The translations under genes and the position numbers were made by a program. The notes under the pieces are model-generated. The model worked only from the letters and a program-made list of their open reading frames with translations. It did no database searches and was not told where the DNA came from. Positions 12,433 to 24,594 of a DNA stretch of 64,000 nucleotides are shown in pieces. The stretch is from the NCBI GenBank assembly GCA_963693365.1, contig CAVNZM010000001.1, positions 21,398,125 through 21,462,124 on the forward strand. Reading direction: 5' to 3'. Numbering within the stretch: position 1 is the stretch's first letter; each line of letters starts with the position of its first letter. This DNA is from Amoebidium appalachense (lineage: Eukaryota; Protista; Ichthyosporea).

Positions 12433-12606
12433 CTGACTACAGTGCTGTTGTGACGTATGTAGGTGACCGTTTTAGGGCAAGTGGCTCAGCCTCCCAAGCC
12501 GGTTATCTGTTTCGACCCGAACCGTTTTTCTTTGGTTTTTCCACCGCCCCAAAGACTGGTGGAATATCGACCCGACTCGAAAGGGCAACCATGGATCGGC
12601 CCATAT

Positions 12607-13956
12607 ATGGCCTGTGACGGTTGTACACAGGCACACAACGTAGACTACCGCAAGCAGGCTGTTAGGATGGAGCAAGCCGCAGAGAGCATAAACCTAGACC
12701 AGGTGGCGGAGGATGTTTTGGCAGCCGAAGAGGAGGCACCCCCTAACGAGGAGGGGGCTGAGGGGCCACCTAAGCGGCGGCGGCGGCGGCGCAGCTTTGA
12801 CGGAGTGCTGGTGTTCTACACGTGCAAGTGGCCAGGGTGCACGCACGGTGGACCGGCCTACGAGGCCGTGCGTGCGCACTACGCGCAGCACGTCGCCGAC
12901 CCTGCATGGCCGTGCGCGTGCGATGGCTGCACAGAACTGAGGGCCAGCGGCCACCCGCCCGCGGCCGTGCCCGAGGGCAAGCTGCGGCACCGCTGCGGCA
13001 AGTGCGACGCGCTGCAGCCCACCTGGCGTGCCCTGCTGCAGCACAACGCCCACGTGCACGGCGGCGCGCTGCACGCGTGCCCACAAGAGGGCTGCCCGGC
13101 GCTGTTTGACTCGGCCGAGCCGCTGCAGAACCACCTTGCGGCCGACCACGCGCCGGCAATTGCGTTTGCCTGCCCGCACGCCAGCTGCGAGGAAAGCTGC
13201 GGCACGCTGGTCGAGCTGCAGGAGCACGAGCGCAGCCACGCGGCGTTCGGGCTGGCCGTGTGCACGTTCTACGGCTGCGGCGTGGCCACGGCCAGCCTGG
13301 ACGAGCTGGCCGCGCACCTGGAGGCGCACCTGGCCTGTGCCTACGTGTGCCGCTACCACGCCTGCGGCCTGGCCTTTGCCCACGCCACGGCCCTGCGCGA
13401 CCACGCCAAACTGGCCCACGGCTACGACCCGGCCGACGACGGCCCGGCCGCCCTGCGCACGTGCCCCTTCCACGGCTGCGGCCGCGTGTGCTCCAGCCGC
13501 GGGTCCTACAGCTGCCACCTGCGCGTGCACACGGCCAGCAAGCCCTTTGTGTGCGGCCTGTGCGGCCGCGCCTTTAAGCAGAAACGCGTGCTGACGCAGC
13601 ACCAGCAGACACACGGCGGGGCGCCGCGCGACAAGCCCCGCAAGCAGTATGTGTGCCCGTGGCCCGAGTGCGGGGCAGTGTACGGCACCAAGAGCGGCCT
13701 GGATGCGCACATGCTGGGCCACACCAACACCCGGCCGTTTGTGTGTGAGCACTGCGGCGCGGCGTTCAAGCAGCGCTGCACGCTCAACGAGCACATCAAC
13801 CTGCACACAAACATGCGGCCGTTCCGCTGCGAGGTGCCTGGTTGCGGTGCAGCCTTCAACTACCGCAGCAACCTGCGCCTGCACCGTCGTGTGCACTTGA
13901 AGAGTGGCGAGGTCCGGGAGCCGTACGTGCAGCAGGGCCCCGCCTCTCTGGGTTAG
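12607..13956 (+). CDS. Multi-C2H2 zinc-finger protein (paralog ZF2); start ATG 12607 or 12667
   Basis: Within ORF 12463-13956. Basic NLS PPKRRRRRR followed by about a dozen C2H2 fingers with Kruppel-like linkers (HTASKPFVC, HTNTRPFVC, HTNMRPFRC). Confidence 0.9.
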   Translation: MACDGCTQAHNVDYRKQAVRMEQAAESINLDQVAEDVLAAEEEAPPNEEGAEGPPKRRRRRRSFDGVLVFYTCKWPGCTHGGPAYEAVRAHYAQHVADPAWPCACDGCTELRASGHPPAAVPEGKLRHRCGKCDALQPTWRALLQHNAHVHGGALHACPQEGCPALFDSAEPLQNHLAADHAPAIAFACPHASCEESCGTLVELQEHERSHAAFGLAVCTFYGCGVATASLDELAAHLEAHLACAYVCRYHACGLAFAHATALRDHAKLAHGYDPADDGPAALRTCPFHGCGRVCSSRGSYSCHLRVHTASKPFVCGLCGRAFKQKRVLTQHQQTHGGAPRDKPRKQYVCPWPECGAVYGTKSGLDAHMLGHTNTRPFVCEHCGAAFKQRCTLNEHINLHTNMRPFRCEVPGCGAAFNYRSNLRLHRRVHLKSGEVREPYVQQGPASLG

Positions 13957-14737
13957 GCCTGCAGCTATGAACCTATTGTTATATCATTATGTCCCGAGCT
14001 TATGTGTGTACATGTGGCTGTGCCGCAGTGGAATTGTTAGTAAAAGCCTGTCTTGCATGGGTCTGCAGGGGGCAGGAGTTTCTTCTTTGTTGGTTACAGT
14101 GGGCTCGGTGCGCCCAGCATGGTGGTGGCGGTGGTGGTTTTTTTTTTTTGGGGGGGGGGGGGGGGAAGGGGGATCTGCTGGGAGCGAGGCCCGTGGTGCA
14201 GGGTTGGAGATGATGGAGGAGGGGTACTGGTATGATGTGGGCGGGTGGGCACGTCATGTCTGTGTGTCTGCGTGTGTGTGTTGTGCGCTCGGGCTTGGGT
14301 GTGGGGGTGGCAATGATGCAGGTGATAATAGGCTAGCTGTGTGTGTGTGGGTGTGGGTGTGTGTGTGTGTGTGTTTGGGACCCAGGGGGGGGGGAGGGGG
14401 GGTTCTGGCGTTAGTAAGTTTGGATGGTGGATTTGTGGTGAGGGATGTTGCAAGGCTAATATCAGTGGTGGAATAATTGACTTACGTTTTTCTTTGAACT
14501 GCTTTCTTTTTTTTTTCTTTCTTTTTCGAAAAAGATTCTTTTTTGGTTTTTTTTTTTTTTGGGTTGGGGGGGGGGGGGGGGGGGGGGGGGGGGAGGGGGG
14601 GGAGGGGGGAGGGAGGGTGTTTGCAGGTGACAGTTTCCAGTATTCTATGGCCAATGGTGAGCTACAGTTGGTGGTGGGGGGTGGGGGGGATTATTTCTGC
14701 TAATATTTGGAGAATGCTCAGTGCTCGGGACCTTGCA

Positions 14738-14834
<97 letters not shown>

Positions 14835-14879
14835 AGGATTATGACCTGGTGGGACGAAGGAAAGCGGTTGGGTCAGGAC

Positions 14880-15530
14880 CAGGGCCAGAAATTACAGTGC
14901 CACTGGGACCTAAAAAAGCCACTTGACGTGGAGGTCCACTGAACTCAGGGCCAGTGGACCTACAGATGCCGTCCGCCATTAAGATTTGCCGCCAATAAGA
15001 TAACGCTAGCGGCCAAGTCCGGTTTTTTTAAGATTATGCCCCTCGACCAACTTCCGGGCTGATTGATCTTATTGGCGGACGGGAGATAAATTCATACTGG
15101 ATCATGCATGGCAAGGGTGGGCGGGAAGCCAAGCCTTATCAAACAGTAGCAAAAACAGCGCAATATGCTTACTCCCCCCCCCCCTCCCCCCCCCTCCCCC
15201 CCCCCCCCCCCCCCCCCCCCAAGTTATACTGGTGTGTAGGTACTACATTGCCTGCCCCCCCCCCCCCCCGCCCCCCCTCTGCCTCCTCCCCCTCCCCCCA
15301 CCCCCCACGCGCCACTAAGACTATGATAGCGACCTCTAAAAAAGACAAGATTATGCCCTTCACCCCACTTCCGGGGGGAGGGGGGGTTAATGGCGGACGG
15401 CATCTGTAAACACTATAATATGATATATAACCCAGTGGAGTGGAAGTGAAATACAGGCAAAGCTGCTAAACACATGCGCCACCTTTTAAACAAGCCAACA
15501 CTCTTAAAAAAAAACATATTTCAAGCCCTG
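14880..15530 (+). mobile_element. hAT-like MITE (contains a nested TA-TSD MITE)
   Basis: 8-bp TSD GTCAGGAC at 14872-14879 and 15531-15538. Imperfect TIRs CAGGGCCAGAAAT / ATTTCAAGCCCTG. Confidence 0.8.
14963..15406. mobile_element. Tc1/mariner-superfamily-like MITE
   Basis: Perfect 20-bp TIRs CAGATGCCGTCCGCCATTAA; TA on both sides (14961-14962, 15407-15408). Confidence 0.88.
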
Positions 15531-15829
15531 GTCAGGACTGGCAAGGGCTGGTGCAAACCATCACCCTATTGGTGGCCCCTATCACTAGCCATCACCCGAT
15601 TGGTGGCCCCTATCACTAGCCATCACCCTATTGGTGGCCCCTATCACTAGCCATCACCCTATTGGTGGCCCCTATTACTAGCCATCACCCTATTGGTGGC
15701 CCCTATCACTAGCCAGCCATCACCCTATTGGTGGCCCCTATCACTAGCCATCACCCTATTGGTGGCCCCTATCACTAGCCATCACCCTATTGGTGGCCCC
15801 TATCACCCTATTGGTGGCCCCTATCACTA

Positions 15830-16095
15830 CAGAGGCCGTCCGCCCTTAAGATCCTACGCTTTTAGAAGGGTGGGGACGCAATCTTATTTTCAATTAGAGG
15901 GTCAAATTTTGGTCGTGTCCATAATCTTGGTGGGGGAGGCCCCCCGGGTGGGGGAGGAGGGGGGGGGGGGAGGGGTACAGGGGGAGGAGGGGCTTAGCTA
16001 ATCATTGCAACTTGAAGGGGTGGTAACGGATCCGCTTGATGCTGGTGGAGGGGGGGGGGGGGGGGGGGGGAGGGCGGTAGCCGTAATAAGGAGGG

Positions 16096-16127
<32 letters not shown>

Positions 16128-16200
16128 CTGTAACCGTAATAATAAGAGGGGGGGGGGGGGGTCTACCAGAACGAAGCTGTGTATGTGCGCGCCTGCATCA

Positions 16201-16259
<59 letters not shown>

Positions 16260-16439
16260 CACGTGTGTGTGTGTGTGTGTGTTTGTGCGCGCGTGTGTGT
16301 GCACGTGGGTGTAGTGTATGTGTGTGTTTGCGCGCGTGCACGATTGCGCGTGTGTCACGGTTTGTGTGGGTTAGTTACAGTCATACCTGGGAAGGAACAA
16401 TCCTATGGACGAACTACCCTCAGAAGGAACAACCCCCAG

Positions 16440-16487
<48 letters not shown>

Positions 16488-17211
16488 CCACCCCACCCCA
16501 CCCCGGGCCCCCTTCCCCATTCTGGCTTTTTTTTTTTTTTTTTTTTTTTTTTTTGTGCCAATCGTAAGGCACTGCCTTATTGCAGCCAATGCCATCAAAT
16601 TGAGTGGGCACACACTTGTGGGCCAGGGCGCCGGCCAACAGACAACAGAGGTTCACATATGCATAGCTAGTAAACGTACGGTTTTACTTTTTTTCCTTTT
16701 TTTCTTTCGACGACTCGCACTTTTGGCGTCTCTTAAGTTGCAAAGTGACCATGTCGAAGAAAAAAAAAGGTCTAAGGCTCTTTTCAAGGGAACGAATCGC
16801 AATCACTATGTTTGCGATTGAATCATCTATTATGCAGGCTATGGACGAACTACCCTTAGAAGGAACAAACCCCAGGGGGTGGAACTAGGGGTTGTTCCAA
16901 ACCAAGTATGACTGTAGGAGTGATGGACGGGGCCTCGAGGAGGAGGAGGGAAGGGGGGGGGGTGGGGGGGGGGGGGGGGGGGGGGTCGCCAAAATCGCAA
17001 AGGTAATGTGAAGCCTAAACAAGATGCTGAAAATGCCATTTTGGGGGAACCATCACGTTGTCTACAACTTAAAAATATGCCTCCCATACCTCCTCTGCCC
17101 ATATAAGCGATGAGATTGTCCCGACTGACCCGTCGGCACAATCTTAAAATTTTGGCAAAATGGGCATCGACGGAATCTTTGTCGGACAAACTTAAGGGCG
17201 GACGGCCTCTG
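15830..17211. mobile_element. Non-autonomous TA-TSD TIR transposon, related to the 14963 MITE
   Basis: 21-bp TIRs CAGAGGCCGTCCGCCCTTAAG; TA duplicated (15828-15829, 17212-17213) within a minisatellite unit. Confidence 0.88.
16378..16914. mobile_element. pogo/Tigger-like MITE nested in the 15830 element
   Basis: Imperfect TIRs CAGTCATACCTGGGAAGGAACAATCCT / AGGGGTTGTTCCAAACCAAGTATGACTG, flanked by TA. Subterminal direct repeat CTATGGACGAACTACCCT at ~16403 and ~16839. Confidence 0.75.
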
Positions 17212-17754
17212 TAGCCATCACCCTATTGGTGGCCCTTATCATAGCCATCAACCTATTGGTGGCCCTTACCATCACCCTATTGGGGGCCCTTATCATTAGC
17301 CATCACCCTATTGGTGGCCCTTACCATCACCCTATTGGCGGCCCTTATCATTAGCCATCACCCTATTAATTTGGTGGCCCTTACCATCACCCTATTGGCG
17401 GCCCTTATCATTAGCCATCACCCTATTGGTGGCCCTTACCATCATCCTATTGGCGGCCCAAGGCTTATCATTAGCCACCGCCCTCAATGATTTGGTGGCC
17501 CTTAATTGTATACCGTAGTTTGGAATTTGTATCAAAAAACACGAGCCCCGGGGATGTTTTGGATGGGGGTGTTGTGATAGGAAGGGGCAGGGGCGTGGGA
17601 AGGGGAGAGATCTGGCGCCAGTTGGGGCGGAGGGGGGGAGGGGGCGGGTGAGGGGGAGGGGGGAGGGGGGATATCGATTTCTTGTTTAAGTATGCATGTG
17701 CCAACGGTTTTTTCATTTGGTTGGTGGGTGGGGAGGGGGGAGGAGGGGGGTGTT

Positions 17755-19669
17755 GCTGTTATAATTACTCGAATATACCGTGTCTGGTAATCACGTTCAG
17801 AAGTTATAACCCCCCTATGCTTATTAGTCTAGGCCCCAATCACATCGACAGCATACTTCGCTATGCCAATTGAGGCCCCAATCACAGCAACAGCATAAAC
17901 CCGCCATGCCTATTGAGTGCCCAATCATATCGGAACAATAAACCCGGCACTGTGCCTATTGAGGGCCGGCGCCAGTCATATCGGCACATTAAACCCACTG
18001 CGCGGCACCTGGAGTCATGTTGACGTTTGAAGGATTGCATGCTTATCGTGGAAATAAGGGGGGGCTGCTATGCCAATTGAGGCCCAATCACATCAACAGC
18101 ATAAACCCGCTATGCCTATTGAGGCCCTAATCACATCAACGGCATAAACCCGCTATGCCTATTGAGGCCCCAATCACAGCAACAGCATAAACCCGCCATG
18201 CCTATTGAGTGCCCAATCATATCGGGACAATAAACCCGGCACTGTGCCTATTGAGGGCCGGCGCCCAGTCATATCGGCACATTAAACCCACTGCGCGGCA
18301 CCTGGAGTCATGTTGACGTTTGAAGGATTGCATGCTTATCGTGGAAATAAGGGGGGCTGCTATGCCAATTGAGGCCCAATCACATCAACAGCATAAACCC
18401 GCTATGCCTATTGTGGCCCTAATCACATCAACGGCATAAACCCGCTATGCCTATTGAGGCCCCAATCACAGCAACAGCATAAACCCGCCATGCCTATTGA
18501 GTGCCCAATCATATCGGGACAATAAACCCGGCACTGTGCCTATTGAGGGCCGGCGCCCAGTCATATCGGCACATTAAACCCACTGCACGGCACCTGGAGT
18601 CATGTTGACGTTTGAAGGATTGCATGCTTATTGTGGAAATAAGGGGGGGCTGGGGGGAGGGGGGGGGGGGAGGGAGGGGGGGGGGGGCGGGGGGCACATG
18701 TCAACTGTAGTCCCAGGCCCCCGCGCTCCCTCCCCCCCCTCCTCCCCCCCCCCCCCCCCCCCCCCCCCCCAGCCCCCCCCTTATTTCCACAATAAGCATG
18801 CAATCCTTCAAACGTCAACATGACTCCAGGTGCCGTGCAGTGGGTTTAATGTGCCGATATGACTGGGCGCCGGCCCTCAATAGGCACAGTGCCGGGTTTA
18901 TTGTCCCGATATGATTGGGCACTCAATAGGCATGGCGGGTTTATGCTGTTGCTGTGATTGGGGCCTCAATAGGCATAGCGGGTTTATGCCGTTGATGTGA
19001 TTAGGGCCACAATAGGCATAGCGGGTTTATGCTGTTGATGTGATTGGGCCTCAATTGGCATAGCAGCCCCCCCTTATTTCCACGATAAGCATGCAATCCT
19101 TCAAACGTCAACATGACTCCAGGTGCCGCGCAGTGGGTTTAATGTGCCGATATGACTGGGCGCCGGCCCTCAATAGGCACAGTGCCGGGTTTATTGTCCC
19201 GATATGATTGGGCACTCAATAGGCATGGCGGGTTTATGCTGTTGCTGTGATTGGGGCCTCAATAGGCATAGCGGGTTTATGCCGTTGATGTGATTAGGGC
19301 CTCAATAGGCATAGCGGGTTTATGCTGTTGATGTGATTGGGCCTCAATTGGCATAGCAGCCCCCCCTTATTTCCACGATAAGCATGCAATCCTTCAAACG
19401 TCAACATGACTCCAGGTGCCGCGCAGTGGGTTTAATGTGCCGATATGACTGGCGCCGGCCCTCAATAGGCACAGTGCCGGGTTTATTGTTCCGATATGAT
19501 TGGGCACTCAATAGGCATGGCGGGTTTATGCTGTTGCTGTGATTGGGGCCTCAATTGGCATAGCGAAGTATGCTGTCGATGTGATTGGGGCCTAGACTAA
19601 TAAGCATAGGGGGGTTATAACTTCTGAACGTGATTACCAGACACGGTATATTCGAGTAATTATAACAGC
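17755..19669. repeat. ~1.9-kb palindrome / foldback-like element with internally repetitive ~900-bp arms
   Basis: Arms 17755-18651 and 18771-19669 are reverse complements. Each arm has about three copies of a ~293-bp unit built partly from ~42-bp subunits. The ~120-bp spacer is G-run / short core / C-run. Confidence 0.9.
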
Positions 19670-20682
19670 TAAGGTCTGGACTTATTTGCCTACCCATGGA
19701 GAAGCCCAAGTGTTTTTGTGGAGACTGCATTACAATCAACTCGAGATCACCGGGCGGAAAGGAATTGTCTCTGCATATGACAACCGATTATATTCAGTTA
19801 TCATTTAACATTTTGAGGTATGCCTGGCTAATATGAAGGGAGCGTGCGTGTGGCGTGTGTGTCTGTTTGTGTGTGTGTGGGGGGAGGGGGGAAGGGGGGA
19901 GGGGGAGGGGAAGGGGAGGGAGGAGGGTCTGCGTAATACGGTGTGCCTGTGTGGCAGGGGCGGGGAGGATTAGTTGGAGGCGTGAGACGGTACAAATTTC
20001 TTGCCAGTGCGACATCGTTCCGTTTCTCGACTTCAGTGGGTTTTCGTAGTGCCCAGGGGAAGGGAGAGGGTGGACATGCCCTATATATGAAATGCTGCAC
20101 GTGCTCGGGCATACATATATCATATCAGGGCCAATCTGAGGGGGGGTTTCATCCGATAACAATTAAAGTCAGTGGGCACATTGCCGATGTGTTGTGTGCT
20201 TGGGGTGCCAAACACCGTCAATCTGAGGTGGTTGGTGACTGTGATGGATCTTGGTTGCCTCAACCGGGCCGGGGGTCGGTATGGGGTGTGTGTGTGTGTG
20301 TGGTTTAGTGTGTCTGCGTACGGTGGGGGGGCCCGTGTGTGTGTATTCGGTGGTGGTGTGTAGGTGTGTGTATGTGTGTGTGGGCGAGAGGGGGGGAGGA
20401 GGGAGAGCGGGGGAAAGAGATGGGGTACCGGAGAAGGGAAAGGGGGAGGAAAGAGGGGAGGATATATGGCAGCCAAGCCAAACTGCAAAACCAACCGCAC
20501 ATGCGTCTAACCGTGACGACGGCCGTGTTGGGTATCTCACCTCAACCATAACCAAAAGCGTGTGCCATGTATGTGTGTGTGCACGTGGGCGGATGGTGGT
20601 TGTGGGCAATGCGCTTGTGTGCGAGGGTGGTGGACAAATGGTGATGGTGGTGTGTGTGTGTGTGTGTGTTGGGAGGCGGCGG

Positions 20683-20726
<44 letters not shown>

Positions 20727-21443
20727 GGCTGGTTGGTAAAATTGTGTGCGTGTACACGTATGTACCAGGCACGATGACGAAAGGCTGGGTGGGTGCCGAG
20801 GGTGCATGTGGCTAATTAGATTGGGAGACGGCTGCAGCTAGCAGCGCCGGAAGCAGCGGGGGGAGAGGGGGGGGGGGGGGGGGGGGGGAGGGAGAGGGGA
20901 AGGGAACAGCCGCCAGCCGCCAGTTGCAGTGGATGTCTAAGAAAGACAGGTTTGGCTACTATTGGCTGCCGTGTATGAGAGGGTCTTCTTGTGTCGGAGC
21001 AAGAGAGGCCGAAAGGGGTCCGGGAGGGAGGGAAGGGTCCGGGATGGGGGGGGGGGAGAGGGGGACTGGAGGGAGGCTGGGAGGGTTTTTTTTTGTGGGC
21101 GGAGGGGAGAGGGAGGGAGGGGGGGGGGGGGGGGGGGGGGGAGGGACCTGCCAAACAGAAACACAGGGACCATGCGAAATATTACTTAATCTTCAGGCCG
21201 GTGGGTGGAAACACTCTTGATTTATTGGTTTACACGGTTTTACGTTCGGAGAGAATAGACTAGGGGAACTGCCCCCCACGAATTAATAAGCATAAATTTC
21301 GAATAAAATCAAATCTTATCTGCACCAAGTAGCTAGGTTTGTATGCCAGGTAGATATGACAGTGCGGCTGGTTGTGTGGGTGTGTCATTCTGGTGGGTGG
21401 TTATCTGTGGATGTGGTGTGTTGGTGGTGGTGGCCACAGGTGG

Positions 21444-21522
<79 letters not shown>

Positions 21523-21900
21523 CGTCCGTGTGTGTGTCAGGAGGAGGAGGAGGAGGAGGAGGAGGGGGGGGGGGGGGGGGGGGGGGGGATGATTAATCGG
21601 CATGATGGGTAGGGGGGGGATGGGGGTAGGGGAGGGGCGAAAGAGCGGTTTTTTAGAACTCCAAAGGCGGGAGGACGAGCGGGGGGCGTTCGGTACCTTT
21701 GCATGCCCCCATGGGCAGTTGCATCTGGGGAGGAAGAAGAGCATGCACACATAGCTTGCCATCCACTATGCAGGTGTTGCAGCAGACCCGCATAGCTTGC
21801 ATCCCACCCAAGCTGGTCCGGCATCACCTGCAGCATATGGCATACCCAGTTGGTGCGTTGGTCAAAGTCGGAAGCTGGGCATAGCTCAAACCAACACTTC

Positions 21901-21940
<40 letters not shown>

Positions 21941-22170
21941 ACACACACACACACACACACACACAAAAAAAAATAAGAATAGTAAAAATACAATAACTAA
22001 ATAAACAAAAGTACCTCTATCCCCTCCCTACTTTAGCTTGCGTGATCAATATGAACACGGGTAGGATTTGACTATGTGTACGAATGAGGTACAAGGGAAG
22101 ATGAGGGGGGGATGGGGGAGGGGGAGAGGGGGGGGGGTGGGGGGGGAGGGGGAAGAAGGAGACAACCCAC

Positions 22171-22248
22171 CTTGCCTCGACTCGGGGTTTGGCTGTGGCA
22201 GGTTGGGGCACTGCAGAAGCCAAGACGGCGGTGCTGTTGAAGAGCTCA
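22171..22248 (-). CDS. Putative 78-nt internal exon (ELFNSTAVLASAVPQPATAKPRVEAR) of an unresolved multi-exon gene
   Basis: Flanked by CCAG acceptor and GTGGG donor; paralogous to 23672-23749. Confidence 0.5.
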
Positions 22249-23259
22249 CTGGAAAACGAACGAACGTTCGAGCACATGTGTCAGCACACTGGTGAGAGTA
22301 TAGATGAACCCTGCAAACCAAACACAAAAAAGTGGTCGTGAAGGTGGTGGTGGTTTCATGTGTGTGTGTGTGTGTGTGTGTGTCTGTGAGTCTGTGTGTG
22401 TGCCAATGCGTGTGTGTCTGTATTTGGGTGTGGGTCTTTCTATCTCTCTTCTCTCTCTCCCACCTCCCTCCCCCCCTCCCCCCTTCCCCCGTCCCCCCCT
22501 CCCCTTCTCTCTCTGTGTGTCTGTGTGTCGGTCTCTTGCTCTTTCTCTGTGTGTGGCCCCGGAGAGAAGGGGGGAGGGAGGAGAAGGGTGGGAGAGCGGT
22601 TATGTATCACAAGAGACGGGGAGGCGATGTCTGACATCTCGGACCGGGATTACATGCGATATGCCCAACGTGCCTGACTTCGCGTATAAATGCTTGCGTG
22701 AGTAAACATAAGTTCGTGCACCTACTCCGCATGTGTGTATTTGTGTGTGTGTGTGTATGTGTGTGTGTATCTGTGTGTGTGTATGTGTGTGTGTATATGT
22801 GTGTCAGAGAGCACTCGGTGGATAAGTGGGTGTATTTCCAAGGTCATGTAGGCCAATGCAAGGCAAGGTTGGAGCAAACCTTTTACAGCCAGTGATAGTG
22901 CAACAATACGTGTACTGTCAAATCGCAGCACGTCAATTCCAGGCCTGGCAATGTCTTCTACTTTCTGTCTCTCAACCCTCACTTTCCCCCGGCTCTGTGT
23001 TTGTGTTTCTGTCTGTGTGTGCTGACCAGTGTTTGTGACAACGAGGTTCTTGCTACAAGTAAATCGCGCACTAATCATCGGTAAACAGTGTAGAAGGGGG
23101 AAGCCGGGGGGAGGGGGGGGGGGGGGGGGAAGACTACGTTGCACTGGAGGCCAGCATTAGGGCACGGCACTAGCAGGTGGCAGGAAAGGAGGTTGGGGGG
23201 TTGGGGTGTGCTTCCCGGCTGTGCTGGCAGTAAGAACCCTGTAGACCACGCTGTGTGAG

Positions 23260-23364
<105 letters not shown>

Positions 23365-23366
23365 CG

Positions 23367-23455
<89 letters not shown>

Positions 23456-23671
23456 AAGACCCTTGCGGAGTAAGAACATGTGTGCGAATTAGCAACTGGG
23501 CATCCACAATTGGGTACAATGTAATAAGGCAACCAGTAGGTAGGGCAAGAGGCGGTGTGTGTATCTGTGTGTTTGCGTGTCCGGGGGGAGGGGGAGAGTT
23601 AGGGGGAGGGGAGGGCGGGAAGGGGGGTTGGGTGGGTGGGTGGGGGGGGGGGTGGGAAGAAGACAACCGAC

Positions 23672-23749
23672 CTTGCCTCGACTCGGGGTTTGGCTGTGGC
23701 AGGTTGGGGCACTGCAGAAACCACGACGGTGGTGGTGTTCAAGAGCTTA
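23672..23749 (-). CDS. Putative 78-nt internal exon (KLLNTTTVVVSAVPQPATAKPRVEAR), duplicate of 22171-22248
   Basis: Flanked by CCAG acceptor and GTCGG donor; same length and phase as its paralog. Confidence 0.5.
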
Positions 23750-23989
23750 CTGGCCAGACAACGTAAGTTAGCAGGTGCATGTGTGAGGATGCGGGCAGTT
23801 ACGTGTGTCAGAATGACTGGAGGTAGCTGGGTTTTCGTGTCTGCTCTGCTAGGTTATTCATCCTGTATGTGCCTGTGTACGTGTGCGTTTTAGTGTGTGT
23901 GTGTGCGTGCGTGCGTGTGTGTGCGCATGAGTGTGTATATATATATGTGCGTGTGTGCACAGTGTGTGTGTGCACGGTGTGTGAGCATA

Positions 23990-24021
<32 letters not shown>

Positions 24022-24128
24022 CGCGTGCGTGTGTGTGCATGTGTTCATGTGTGTGTGCGTGTGTGTGCACAGGTTGTGTATACCTGTGTGTCAGTGTATG
24101 CGATGAGTCTGTAGGCATGTGTGTGTGT

Positions 24129-24170
<42 letters not shown>

Positions 24171-24431
24171 ACGGGTTGACACCTCTGGGTCTGTGTGTTC
24201 GATGGGTCTGTAGGCACGTTTGTGTGTGTGTGTGTGTGTGTATACGGTGTGTGCGTGTGTGCATGTTTGCGTGTATGCATGTGTGCGTTCACGGTGTAAG
24301 AAGGCGTGTGCGTGCGTGCATGCATGCATGTGTGCGTGCGTGCACGTGTTCACCAAGTGTGTATGGACGTTTTTCTTTTGTGTGTATGTGTTTGTACAGT
24401 GCATGTGTACGTGGTGTGTGTGTGTGTGTGT

Positions 24432-24498
<67 letters not shown>

Positions 24499-24538
24499 TG
24501 TGTGTGCATGCGTGTGTGTCCACGGGGTGTGTAGGCCA

Positions 24539-24594
<56 letters not shown>

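Larger units (their letters stand above)
15558..17480 (+). repeat. 31-bp minisatellite (CCATCACCCTATTGGTGGCCCCTATCACTAG), interrupted by a transposon
   Basis: Head-to-tail units at 15558-15829; variant units resume in register at 17212 to ~17480. Confidence 0.9.

Noticed and set aside
12694-13896. Long antisense and alternate-frame ORFs over the zinc-finger and WD40-like genes (also 6680-8155, 26396-28321, 29594-31516)
   Set aside because: Shadow ORFs caused by very high GC3; no recognisable motifs.
15558-17480. CRISPR-like appearance of the 31-bp array (also the 42- and 45-bp arrays)
   Set aside because: Head-to-tail repeats without unique spacers, no cas genes, eukaryotic context.
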